DNA of 64,000 nucleotides from Candidatus Parcubacteria bacterium (GCA_023131895.1 JAGLYZ010000002.1:43364-107363), one strand, 5' to 3'; positions 18,925 to 28,722 are shown, counted from the stretch's first letter. Notes: generated by a model from the sequence alone, not told the origin. Numbers and translations: made by a program.

Positions 18925-18943
18925 TTTTTTTCCTTATTATTTT

Positions 18944-18972
18944 AATTTAACTCATTTTTGGAGTTTTATCAA
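18944..18972 (-). promoter_or_regulatory. promoter TTGATA-17-TAAATT; member of a duplicated leader module
   Basis: Minus strand reads ttgataaaactccaaaaatgagttaaattaaaataataaggaaaaaaaATG. Confidence 0.5.
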
Positions 18973-18995
18973 TCTTTCTCTCATTTATCAACAAT

Positions 18996-20552
18996 CTATT
19001 TATTTGAATAGAGATAATCTTTATAATTCCCTAAATATGCTTTTAATTTCTTATTTTTAATTTCCCAAATATTATTACATACTTTATTGAGAATATAACG
19101 GTCATGGGAAACTAAAAGAATCGTACCCTTGTATTCTTTAAGCATATTAGTCACAACTTCTTTACTTGGAAGGTCTAAATGATTTGTTGGCTCGTCTAAT
19201 ACAAGAAAATTTGATTTTTGCAGTATTAATTCAGCCAAGGCAACTCTTGCCCGCTCTCCGCCGCTTAATTGATGAATTTTTTTAGCTGTCTGGTTTTGGG
19301 CAAACAAAAGACAGCCCAAAACATTTCTGATTTTTTCTTCATCGGATATTGTTTTAAACGCTACTTCTTCTAATATGCTTTTTTCCAGATCTAATTCTTC
19401 ATGCGCTTGAGCGTAATAACCTATTTTTATTCCTTGCGTTATTTTTACTTTTCCAGCGACGCTCGGGCTCTCGCCAATAATGGTTTTTAACAAACTTGAT
19501 TTTCCTGCTCCATTATTCCCTATAATGCCGATTTTATCTCCCCAATTTACTTCTATTCTGCCTTGTATTTCAAACAAAGGCGATTGCTCGTCTCCAACTA
19601 TTAAATTATTAATTTCTAAAACCCTTGTGCAAGTTTTTTCTGCAATATCAAAATTGATTTTGATATCGCTGCTTGTTTTCGGTTTTTCTACTCGCTCTAC
19701 TTTTGCTAATTGCTTAATCCTGCCCTGAACCTGTCCTGCTATTGCCGCCTTATATCTAAAACGGTCAATAAATTCCTGCTGCTTCTTGAAATACTTTTGC
19801 TGATTTTTATAATTCTTTTCTTGTATTCCAATACGTTTCTCTTTTTCTTTTATGTATTCGGAATAAGGGCAATAATATTTTTGCAATCCCTGCTTAGTTA
19901 ATTCAAATGTCTTATCGCACATTTTATCCAAAAATAATCTATCGTGAGATACGCATATCATCGTTTTATTCCAATTTAATAAAAATTGTTCCAGCCATTC
20001 TATTGTTTTTAAGTCAAGATGATTAGTCGGCTCGTCTAAAATCAACAAATTAGGCTTAGACGCTAAAATTTTAGCCAACGCCAGCCTTGTCCTTTCTCCA
20101 CCGCTTAATGTTTTAATTTTCCTTTGCAGATATTGTTCTGAAAAACCAAAATTTTCTAAAAGATTTTTTATCAATCCTTCGTAGCGAAGGCTGTCCAGTT
20201 TTAACATTTCCGCGCTTACTGAACGTATTTCCTCTAAAAGCGTGTTTTGAAGAGATTTCCAAAGGGTTTCTTGCGGCAAATATCCTATTTTGAGATTTTT
20301 ATTTTTACTGATATCCCCTTCATCTGCTTCCTCTGTTCCTATAATTATTTTTAAAAGAGTGCTTTTGCCTATTCCATTTGCGCCTACAATAGCGATTCTG
20401 TCATTAGAATTTATTGTTAAATCAATATCAGAAAACAGATCCTCCTCTCTATAGGATTTTGAAATACCATGCAGAATCAATAAAGGATTTTTAATTTTTT
20501 CTGATTGGTTTTCGTAAAAAAATTTTGGAATTTTTATGTTATTTTTGTCCAT
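18996..20552 (-). CDS. ABC-F family ATPase (two ABC domains, no TM)
   Basis: GANGIGKST / LSGGERTRLALA / LILDEPTNHLD, then GNNGAGKSS / LSGGERARVALA / LVLDEPTNHLD. Confidence 0.9.
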   Translation of the reverse strand: MDKNNIKIPKFFYENQSEKIKNPLLILHGISKSYREEDLFSDIDLTINSNDRIAIVGANGIGKSTLLKIIIGTEEADEGDISKNKNLKIGYLPQETLWKSLQNTLLEEIRSVSAEMLKLDSLRYEGLIKNLLENFGFSEQYLQRKIKTLSGGERTRLALAKILASKPNLLILDEPTNHLDLKTIEWLEQFLLNWNKTMICVSHDRLFLDKMCDKTFELTKQGLQKYYCPYSEYIKEKEKRIGIQEKNYKNQQKYFKKQQEFIDRFRYKAAIAGQVQGRIKQLAKVERVEKPKTSSDIKINFDIAEKTCTRVLEINNLIVGDEQSPLFEIQGRIEVNWGDKIGIIGNNGAGKSSLLKTIIGESPSVAGKVKITQGIKIGYYAQAHEELDLEKSILEEVAFKTISDEEKIRNVLGCLLFAQNQTAKKIHQLSGGERARVALAELILQKSNFLVLDEPTNHLDLPSKEVVTNMLKEYKGTILLVSHDRYILNKVCNNIWEIKNKKLKAYLGNYKDYLYSNK

Positions 20553-20711
20553 AAAAAAACAGGGATTAAATAATTCAATACAATAGACGAATATATTAGT
20601 CGTTTTCGGCTATTTGCAATCAATTATTTCCCTGTTAAATCGCTCTCGTATATTCTATTGTTTGGATAAAAACTTTCATCATTGTTTATAATATACAAAT
20701 TAAAAATTATG

Positions 20712-22547
20712 TCAATGTTTTTCTTCTCGAGCCGCTCGTTTCGCGCTGTTTTCGTCCAAAAATACTTTTCTTATCCGGATATTTTTGGGAGTAATTTCCA
20801 CAAGCTCGTCATCGTTGATATAAACCAAGGCGTCTTCTAAATCCATGATTTTCGGTTCGTTAAAATGCTCGGTGACGCCATCGCCACGTGAACGCATATT
20901 AGAAAGCTGTTTTTCTTTGCAGACATTCACCCTGATATCTTCGCTTCTTGAATTCTGACCGACCACCTGGCCTTCATAAACTTTGATGCCAGGCCCCAAA
21001 AACAAAAACCCCCGGCTTTGAACGTTTCTCAATCCGTATAAATTGGTCATACCAGTTTCGTGAGCTACCAAAGAACCATGATTTCTTTCTTTCCAGCCGC
21101 CGGAATCCTTTTGATATTGATAAAAATTAGTATTAATAATACCCATGCCTTTAGTGTCAGTTAGAAATTCGCTCCTGTATCCAAAAAGGCCTCTGGTCGG
21201 AATGATAAATTCCAAAAAAACAATGCCGTCAATATTCTTCATATCAACCAACTCCCCTTTTCGGCTATTTAACTTTTGTATAACAGAACCATGGAATTTT
21301 TCCGGCACTTCAATGTAAACTTTTTCAAACGGAACCATTTTCTGTCCATCAATTTCCTTAACAATCACCTGAGGTCTGGAAACCTGCAATTCATAGCCCT
21401 CGCGGCGTATTCTTTCAATGAGAATAGCTAAATGCAGCTCTCCCCGTCCGGAAACCGTCCAACTGACGCTCGTTAATTCTTCAATTCTTAAAGCCACGTC
21501 GGTTTCCAATTCTTTATAGATCCTTGCTTTTACTTGGCGCGAAGTTGAAAACTGTCCTTCTTTGCCGGCAAACGGAGAATTATTGACCAAAAATGTCATT
21601 TTAACAGTCGGCTCTTCTATATTAATTATTGGCAGAGCTTTTGGATCTATAGGATCGGCAATTGTTTCCCCGATAGTCACGTCCGGTATTCCGGCTAAAG
21701 CCGCGATATCGCCTGCTGAAACCTCGGCTGCCTCCTTTCTGTTTAAGCCAGAAAAGGTCATTAAAGAAATTAAACGGTGTTTCTTTACCTGGCCGCGCTT
21801 GTTAATGTAGGTTATTTCCTGCCCGGATTTAATAACGCCGTTATGAACTCTGCCGATGCAAATTCTTCCCTTAAAATCGTCTCCAGAAATTGAAGTAACA
21901 AGCATCTGCAACGGCTTTTGCGGATCGCCTAATGGCGACGGAATATGCTTGAGAATCGCATCAAAAAGAGGGATAATATCAGTCATTTTATTAAGGTCGG
22001 GATCTATCCCCGCTTTGCCTTCTCTCCCAGAAGCATAAATTACAGGGAAATTCAAAGCGTTTTCGTCCGCGCTCAATTCTAAAAACAAATCAAGCGTCGC
22101 GTTTAAAGCAAAATCTATTCTCGCGCCGGCTTTATCTATTTTATTGATCACCACGATAATTTTATGGCCCATTTCAAGCGCTTTTTTCAAAACAAATCTG
22201 GTCTGATGCATGGGGCCGTCTTTTGCGTCAATTAACAGCAAACAACCATCCGCCATATTTAAAACTCTTTCCACCTCTCCGCCAAAATCCGCGTGGCCCG
22301 GAGTGTCAATGATATTGATTTTAGTCCCATTATAGTGAATCGCCGCATTTTTAGAAAAAATAGTGATACCTCTTTCCTTTTCCAACTCATTACTGTCCAT
22401 TATGCATACTTGATTAGCCAAATCTTTCCCCAAGTCGCTTTTGGACTGGCGCAATAAAGCGTCAACCAGCGTGGTTTTTCCGTGGTCAACATGGGCAATA
22501 ATAGCGATATTTCTGATATTAATTTTATCCATAATATTATTCAACAA
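20712..22547 (-). CDS. typA: translational GTPase TypA/BipA
   Basis: AHVDHGKTTL, DTPGHADFGGEV, NKIDK, and a BipA-type C-terminus. The start is probably MDKINIRNIAI at 22532. Confidence 0.9.
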   Translation of the reverse strand: MLNNIMDKINIRNIAIIAHVDHGKTTLVDALLRQSKSDLGKDLANQVCIMDSNELEKERGITIFSKNAAIHYNGTKINIIDTPGHADFGGEVERVLNMADGCLLLIDAKDGPMHQTRFVLKKALEMGHKIIVVINKIDKAGARIDFALNATLDLFLELSADENALNFPVIYASGREGKAGIDPDLNKMTDIIPLFDAILKHIPSPLGDPQKPLQMLVTSISGDDFKGRICIGRVHNGVIKSGQEITYINKRGQVKKHRLISLMTFSGLNRKEAAEVSAGDIAALAGIPDVTIGETIADPIDPKALPIINIEEPTVKMTFLVNNSPFAGKEGQFSTSRQVKARIYKELETDVALRIEELTSVSWTVSGRGELHLAILIERIRREGYELQVSRPQVIVKEIDGQKMVPFEKVYIEVPEKFHGSVIQKLNSRKGELVDMKNIDGIVFLEFIIPTRGLFGYRSEFLTDTKGMGIINTNFYQYQKDSGGWKERNHGSLVAHETGMTNLYGLRNVQSRGFLFLGPGIKVYEGQVVGQNSRSEDIRVNVCKEKQLSNMRSRGDGVTEHFNEPKIMDLEDALVYINDDELVEITPKNIRIRKVFLDENSAKRAAREEKH

Positions 22548-23757
22548 ATGTTAAGGCAACGCCTCTTTTATTGATACGGCCTGTTCTGCCGATGCGGTGC
22601 ACGTAATCTTCGTAAGTTGCGGGCACGTCGTAATTAATCACATGGCTCACATCAGGGATATCAAGCCCCCGAGCCGCCACATCTGTTGCCACTAAAATAC
22701 TGATATTGTCTTCCTTAAACGATTTTAAGGATCTAAGGCGGCTGGCATAGTTCTTGTCTCCGTGGATTGAATCAGCTTTAAAACCGTATCTCGCTAGATT
22801 GTTAGATAATCTTTCCACGCCGTACTTGGTTCTGCCAAAAATAAGCACTTTGCGGAATTCGTCTTTCGCCAATAAATTACAAAGTGTCCCTATCTTTCCT
22901 CTGCTTGAAACTCTAACTATGTCTTGATAAATGTTTTCCGGCGTATCTCCGGTTTTAACAAACACGGTAACAGGTTTGTTGAGAAATTCGTTAATGAGCA
23001 GCTCAGCTTCTCGGGTCATAGTCGCTAAAAAGCAAAGCGCGTGGCGCTTTGGAGGCATTAGAGACGTAATAAATTTTATATCCGCGATAAACCCCATATC
23101 CAGCATTCGGTCGGCTTCGTCTAAAATAATTGTGGAAAAAGCGGAAAGATTTATAAATCTCCGTTGGATCAAATCCTTTAATCTCCCCGGAGTGCCGATA
23201 ATAAAATGATTGCGGTAATTTTTCAATTCGGAAATTTGGCTACGGATGGAAGTTCCGCCAACGCAGCAGGCGGAATAAATATTAATGCCGCGCGAAAAAC
23301 TCTTAAACTCCTGGTTGATTTGTGTCGCCAGCTCGCGAGTAGGCGCGATAATCAGCACTTTTTCTCGAGGATTTAACAATACTTTCTGTATCAAAGGGAT
23401 TAAAAAAGCGCCGGTTTTGCCAGTACCTGTATTGGCAATGCCCACCACGTCAAGGCCTTGTAAAACATGCTCAATGATTTTATCTTGAATGGGAGTGGGC
23501 GTTTTAAATCCTTTAGCCAGAATATTGGCTCTCAAACGCTGATCAATATTAAAATCTTGGAACTGGTGAGTCGGCGCGAAAACTTTCGCTTTTTGAGCAA
23601 CAACGTTTTTGTTAATAAACCGATCAATGCTGATTTCCTTAGCAAAACCCGAGCGTCTTTTGCGAACGCCGAAGTTGGAATATTTGCGGAATGAATGTTT
23701 GTCAAAATGTCTTGTTACCATAAATAAAATAAAATGCCGCACAAAGTCTCGCGACAT
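22537..23757 (-). CDS. DEAD-box ATP-dependent RNA helicase
   Basis: Q motif/PTPIQ, ANTGTGKT, ILDEADRMLDMGF and HRIGRTGR. The N-terminal extension makes the start uncertain. Confidence 0.9.
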   Translation of the reverse strand: MSRDFVRHFILFMVTRHFDKHSFRKYSNFGVRKRRSGFAKEISIDRFINKNVVAQKAKVFAPTHQFQDFNIDQRLRANILAKGFKTPTPIQDKIIEHVLQGLDVVGIANTGTGKTGAFLIPLIQKVLLNPREKVLIIAPTRELATQINQEFKSFSRGINIYSACCVGGTSIRSQISELKNYRNHFIIGTPGRLKDLIQRRFINLSAFSTIILDEADRMLDMGFIADIKFITSLMPPKRHALCFLATMTREAELLINEFLNKPVTVFVKTGDTPENIYQDIVRVSSRGKIGTLCNLLAKDEFRKVLIFGRTKYGVERLSNNLARYGFKADSIHGDKNYASRLRSLKSFKEDNISILVATDVAARGLDIPDVSHVINYDVPATYEDYVHRIGRTGRINKRGVALTFVE

Positions 23758-23970
23758 TACCCTTTCATCATACTAAATATACAACCTTTTGTCAATAAAA
23801 ATCGTCCAACGATGGACTCTTTTATTTACTAGACCTCTCAGTGGCCTGCACTGAGCTTGTCGAAGTGCTGGCAACATCGGTCTAGAACTCGTATTTTAAG
23901 GGGAAAATTGGGGCTTTTTAGAGTGTCTCATTGACGTGTCTCAGTCAGGGCGTTTTGTTCAGGAAATGAG

Positions 23971-24012
23971 ACAAATGAGACACTACTTAAGGGTATATTT
24001 GAGTGTCTCAAA
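23971..24012. repeat. 42-bp repeat copy A containing the palindrome TGAGACAC-N19-GTGTCTCA
   Basis: acaaatgagacactacttaagggtatatttGAgtgtctcaaa. It differs at 2 positions from the copy at 25995-26036. Extra GTGTCTCA/TGAGACA copies lie at 23923-30, 23936-43 and 23967-73. Confidence 0.85.
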
Positions 24013-24259
24013 ATCTATGATTGTCCAAGTCCTGAAGAATTTTAAGGTCCGCCTTACCAATCCTAAATTTCGGGGGAGTTTTACTCCTCTCAAATTTTTT
24101 AAATTTATGTTTCAGTGTTTGGGTTTATTTTCTAAAATTACTGTGTCGTAATCTTTACTTAAATCGTCCACCTCAAAAGACAGCCCTACATCAAAATTAT
24201 CCTTTCTTATTTCAGCTCCGTTTCTGTTAATTATCTTTTTTACTGGCAACGTTCAGTTC

Positions 24260-24502
24260 TTAACCCTTATATTTTCTCGGATCTGCTCCGTAAGTATGTT
24301 CTGTCTGAATTTTGCCAGTTCTTCCGTGTATTTTTATCTGGCTTGGTTCTTGCTTTCTTGCAATTCCCCGGGCTTTTTTAATTGCTTTTTCTTTATTTTC
24401 AAACACAGCAATCGGTTGTTTGTTTCCTTCTTTGGTTATCTTCCAGTCTTTTACCCCTCCTTTTTTATTTGGAGTAATATGAATTACTAGCCTTTTAGAC
24501 AT
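24260..24502 (-). CDS. DUF2188 family small protein
   Basis: WKITKEGNKQPIAVFENKEKAIKKARGIARKQEPSQIKIHGRTGKIQTEHTYGADP matches the DUF2188 pattern as I remember it. Confidence 0.65.
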   Translation of the reverse strand: MSKRLVIHITPNKKGGVKDWKITKEGNKQPIAVFENKEKAIKKARGIARKQEPSQIKIHGRTGKIQTEHTYGADPRKYKG

Positions 24503-24598
24503 AATAATTATTTCCTTTGATTAAGATTATTTGAGGTCGACCTTTATAAATTATCTTTAGCAAAATATCTCAATTCACTAAACTGAGATATCTTTAAT

Positions 24599-25762
24599 CT
24601 ACTTAATAATCCCTCCTTCTTTTTCTATTGTTTTCATTTTATCCTTTATCCCCTCCTCTAATTTTTTATATTTATCCCAAGTAAGCAACCAAACCAAGGC
24701 AATGGAATCAATGGCATCAGCCAAAATATAAATACTAATTTTATCAAGTTTATCTTTATACTCTGAATCTTCTAAAATTTTCATTTTTTCATATTCTTGT
24801 TTCTTAATGCCTTCCGGAATAAAATCAGTGGAAATTAAATAAGAAACAAAACAAACCGCTTTGACATAATCATATATCTTTTTGTTCCCCTTGCCTAAAA
24901 TTTTCTTATCAGCAAGTTTTCCTTTAACTTTTTCTATTTCCCACTTTCTTTTACTTAATTCATCTATTACTCCATAGAGAAAAGATTCTTTGAACTTTTC
25001 TTTCAGCTTTTTATTTTTAATAAACTCAGGCGCACCATCAATATCATAATCAAAAACATCTCTTTTTTTATCAAATTCGTAAAATTTTATTATTTCTTTA
25101 TCCCAGTATTTCTCCATATCTGGATGAATAGTTGAGGGTCCATAAAAGTCTCTATCATCGCAATGCGGCGGCACATGAGCGTCAGATAAATAATGACTTA
25201 ACATTAAGAAATAAAGCGCTATTTGATTATCATTGAACATAATATTGGAACCTTTTGGCTCCTTTTTTTGAATCAAAACCATATCTCTAATAGCGTGAGA
25301 TAGGGCCTCACATCTATCAGGAAGCACATATTTAGACTTTCTGCAGACTTTTTCTTTAAGTCTGGATTCATTAATTCCAAGTTTTCTCAACGAACACAAA
25401 TGATTCGGTGTTCGATTCTTGAATTCTTTAGCTTCTTTTCTTTCTTTCCTTGTTGACGGTTTTTTAAGTTTAAAGGTATGCCCGCCAGTGAGGTTATCAG
25501 AAATAACGTTGTCCGGAAACCAAGCCCCTTTAAGAAATGCATCTTTGTGTTTATCAAAAAATTTCACAAAGCTTTCAGCTTGTTTTTTAAAATGATCGTC
25601 AAAATCGTCGCCGAGAAAATAGCCCCTGAAATTTTTACCAAGAAAACTCCGCCTAAAAGATTTATATCTTTTAGGCCCCTTTAATCTTTCTAGGGCCATT
25701 AAGGCTAGCCAAGCATGAGCTATTTTTTTCATGTTTATTAATATCCTACCATCTATCTCCAC
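24599..25762 (-). CDS. zinc-dependent phospholipase C / S1-P1 nuclease superfamily-like hydrolase
   Basis: Ordered candidate metal ligands are HAWLAL (N-terminus), GAWFPD, GGHTF, LSHYLSDAHVPPH (HxxxDxxxxxH) and IHPDME (HxxxE). The start may be MKKIAHAW at 25732. Confidence 0.55.
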   Translation of the reverse strand: MEIDGRILINMKKIAHAWLALMALERLKGPKRYKSFRRSFLGKNFRGYFLGDDFDDHFKKQAESFVKFFDKHKDAFLKGAWFPDNVISDNLTGGHTFKLKKPSTRKERKEAKEFKNRTPNHLCSLRKLGINESRLKEKVCRKSKYVLPDRCEALSHAIRDMVLIQKKEPKGSNIMFNDNQIALYFLMLSHYLSDAHVPPHCDDRDFYGPSTIHPDMEKYWDKEIIKFYEFDKKRDVFDYDIDGAPEFIKNKKLKEKFKESFLYGVIDELSKRKWEIEKVKGKLADKKILGKGNKKIYDYVKAVCFVSYLISTDFIPEGIKKQEYEKMKILEDSEYKDKLDKISIYILADAIDSIALVWLLTWDKYKKLEEGIKDKMKTIEKEGGIIK

Positions 25763-25994
25763 AACTTAATACATAGTAGTAAATTGTAGTAAATTTTCAG
25801 GATTTTTTAGTTTGATATATTAATAATGGAGTTGGCAATAATACCTTCTGAGATACCACTTATGGGTTCCACTTGCGGGTGTGGTAAATACACCTTAGAA
25901 CCTAAAATAGAGATATTTTGAGAGGTTTTTGTATATTTTTAGAAATTCCTAATGCCTCTATGTCAGTCTTTATGCTTTATATCAAAATTATAGC

Positions 25995-26036
25995 ACAAAT
26001 GAGACACTACTTAAGGGTATATTTTCGTGTCTCAAA
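25995..26036. repeat. 42-bp repeat copy B (TGAGACAC-N19-GTGTCTCA)
   Basis: acaaatgagacactacttaagggtatatttTCgtgtctcaaa. Confidence 0.85.
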
Positions 26037-26067
26037 TGCACCAGCGTGTAATCTTACGAAACATTGA

Positions 26068-27909
26068 TTATTTGAAATTATCCTTGGTAATTCTTTCGAT
26101 CCTCAAATGGCTACTAATCTTTTTTAAAAATGGCGACATCGCTTCGGTTCTCAGATATCTAGACTTTTCATATCTTTCATGAAAAGACAAAATAACATCT
26201 TGTTTTGCTCTGGTTAGGGCAACATATAAAACCCTGAGTTCTTCTTTTATATCATGATTACGCGCAGGTATAAAAGTATCATTTAGCCATAGCACAAAAA
26301 CAAATTCTGCCTCTATCCCTTTAGCTGAATACATTGTTGTTACCAGAATTTTATCTTCTTTTGGAATCTCATCTTCTGAATCTAAAAGGCCAAATTTTTC
26401 ATGAATAAATTTGATGACCGAGCCAATGGAATAAAGTTTCTGTGTTTCTTCGTTAAGTGTAATATTCGCTTGAGAAAATAATGTTTCATCAACTAGTAAG
26501 TGGGGGAAAGCTTTTAACTCCTTCTGAAATTCGTTGATATTATCAATAACTCCGTGAAGCTTATTAAGACTAGTAAAGATTTCTTTTATAATTGGGGTTT
26601 CTAAGGTAGAGCAATAATCGTAAAGGGATTTTCCGACTTTCATAGCCTTTCGTCTTATATCAGTAATCTCCTTCGCTTTTAGTCCAACTATTTTTAACCA
26701 TTGTCTAAGGGCAAGACTATCAGAAGAATTTAACATTTTTAATACCAACAGAAGTCGCCAATAATTATCAGGAATATGAGCTTTTTCTTTTAGTTTTGTA
26801 GGTAAGGAAAATTCCGTTTCTAAAGTAGACGCTACTGTTTTTACAAATTTTGAAATAGGACAAAGAACCATAAAATCATTATAATTAAGCGACTCCCCGT
26901 TTCTATTGGTCTTTTTTCCCATTATCTCTTTTATTAACGAGGCAACTTTTTTAATTTGGATACCACTTTTTGTACATTGTAAAGTTAAAATCTTTTGTCC
27001 GTTATCAGCTGGAATATTAACTTTTCCACCAAGATAATTTTCACCCAAAATTAAGGATTGTGATGCTCGTAGAATATGGGGTGGTAATCTGTGAGAATCG
27101 GGAAAATATACTTTCTCCCATTTTTCTGATCCCAAACGTTCTCGTATTCCTTGGGGATATGCATGGCGAAAACCATAAATACTTTGGGCATCATCGCCCA
27201 CAATTATAACTTCGCTTCCCCATTTAAAACTTAATAAATCAATTAATTTTTGATCCATTGGATTCAAATCTTGATATTCATCAATTTGTAAAAATGCTGA
27301 CGGAAAATTAACTTGTTCTTTTTCCAGAATATCGCATGCGTATTTAACAATTCCGTCTAAATCAAAAGTATTATAAAACTTAAATAAGCAATCAAGGTGT
27401 CTTAAAACTTCTTGTCGTCTATCTTCAGGTATGGGACAATCTGTCCGAAAAGAACGAGTGCATTGATAATAATTAATATCTAAATCCAAACGATCTACAG
27501 AAACCTCAAGTTTAAGATCGTCAATTAATTCATTCAATAAAATCTTATGTTCGTTTCGGTCTTTTATTAAGATCGAGAATTTTGAATCTCGTTCAATTAG
27601 AGATGCATATTTATGAACTATGCTCTTAGCATAGGTATGTAAGGTACTAATCCTTGGAAACTCAAAATGAACTTTTACTCCATCGAAAGCATCCTCGCCA
27701 ACCTCTTTTCTTACTTTTTTATCGGTATCTCTACGACTTGTCCGAGTAAATGTAATAAATGATACTTCACGATTAGGATCGTCAATAAGTAGTCCTATCA
27801 TCCGTTCTACTATAGTACTAGTTTTTCCCGTGCCAGGCGCAGCGATAACAATAAGGGGTTTTCCCTTATGATCAATCACTGTTTTTTGTTCTTTACTTGG
27901 AAAACCCAT
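26068..27909 (-). CDS. UvrD/Rep-like SF1 helicase (613 aa)
   Basis: Walker A AAPGTGKTS, motif II QIDEYQDLNP, TTMYSAKGIEAEFVFV and LYVALTRAKQDV. Confidence 0.85.
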   Translation of the reverse strand: MGFPSKEQKTVIDHKGKPLIVIAAPGTGKTSTIVERMIGLLIDDPNREVSFITFTRTSRRDTDKKVRKEVGEDAFDGVKVHFEFPRISTLHTYAKSIVHKYASLIERDSKFSILIKDRNEHKILLNELIDDLKLEVSVDRLDLDINYYQCTRSFRTDCPIPEDRRQEVLRHLDCLFKFYNTFDLDGIVKYACDILEKEQVNFPSAFLQIDEYQDLNPMDQKLIDLLSFKWGSEVIIVGDDAQSIYGFRHAYPQGIRERLGSEKWEKVYFPDSHRLPPHILRASQSLILGENYLGGKVNIPADNGQKILTLQCTKSGIQIKKVASLIKEIMGKKTNRNGESLNYNDFMVLCPISKFVKTVASTLETEFSLPTKLKEKAHIPDNYWRLLLVLKMLNSSDSLALRQWLKIVGLKAKEITDIRRKAMKVGKSLYDYCSTLETPIIKEIFTSLNKLHGVIDNINEFQKELKAFPHLLVDETLFSQANITLNEETQKLYSIGSVIKFIHEKFGLLDSEDEIPKEDKILVTTMYSAKGIEAEFVFVLWLNDTFIPARNHDIKEELRVLYVALTRAKQDVILSFHERYEKSRYLRTEAMSPFLKKISSHLRIERITKDNFK

Positions 27910-27935
27910 AAAAAATTATTTACTAGTCAACTTGA

Positions 27936-28118
27936 TTAGATCTTCTTCTTTGATTTATATCTTTGAGAATTTACTCTCCTATCAATTTTGAAGAGTAAAT
28001 CAAAAAATCCGACAAGATTATTGGCTGCTTCAAAAGTTTCTTGTCTGCTTAACTTTTTACCATAATCTTTTTCAAATATTTTCTGAAATCTTTTAATGGT
28101 TTCTTCTGAAATTTGCAT
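27936..28118 (-). CDS. hypothetical 60-aa protein, operon member
   Basis: The ORF sits 26 nt upstream of the helicase and 25 nt downstream of the 192-aa gene. No motif recognised. Confidence 0.5.
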   Translation of the reverse strand: MQISEETIKRFQKIFEKDYGKKLSRQETFEAANNLVGFFDLLFKIDRRVNSQRYKSKKKI

Positions 28119-28143
28119 GGATTATTTTTTCCCTTTCTAAAAA

Positions 28144-28722
28144 TCATATTTTTAATAAAAGAGGTTTTCGACTTCTGTCGGTCGTGATTTTAATGATTGC
28201 TTTCTGTAATAATTGTTCATATGTTTTAGGTACTTTTATCTCCTCTTTTTTAAAAGAAATAGGTCTCCAATAACTAAAAAATATCCGTTTATATGTTTTT
28301 AATAAAAAATCAACTCGAATAAACTTTTCTGATTGATGTTTTAAGAAAATTGGTAAAAATATAGGTTTTCTTTCTAAACTTTTCTTTTCATCAATAAGTT
28401 GATCGACAATCATCGCTTCATTTTTTTTATTTTCTTGAATTGCTTCACAAATTTTTACATAATTAGATTTACATCTATAATTATCTTTCCCTATCCATTC
28501 TGCTTGAATATTCTCAATTATTAAATTTTCCTTTGAAGCATTAACTAACTTTAAAGTCATAAACCAATCAAGCATAGAGAATCTATCAATAGGTATAGTT
28601 AAATCAAACCCTGCAGCACTCACAGTAGCCGGCACAATACTTACCGAAAACTGCCCGAATGAGACTGGTTTTACTTTGTTTATATCTATTATTTTATCTA
28701 TTTTTACTAAATTTACATCCAT
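28144..28722 (-). CDS. hypothetical 192-aa protein, operon member
   Basis: Co-directional ORF with no recognisable motif. Confidence 0.6.
   Translation of the reverse strand: MDVNLVKIDKIIDINKVKPVSFGQFSVSIVPATVSAAGFDLTIPIDRFSMLDWFMTLKLVNASKENLIIENIQAEWIGKDNYRCKSNYVKICEAIQENKKNEAMIVDQLIDEKKSLERKPIFLPIFLKHQSEKFIRVDFLLKTYKRIFFSYWRPISFKKEEIKVPKTYEQLLQKAIIKITTDRSRKPLLLKI

Noticed and set aside
23936-24151. 71-aa plus-strand ORF in the island's left intergenic region
   Set aside because: It overlaps the repeat and palindrome array, has no RBS, and its composition looks like translated AT-rich non-coding DNA.
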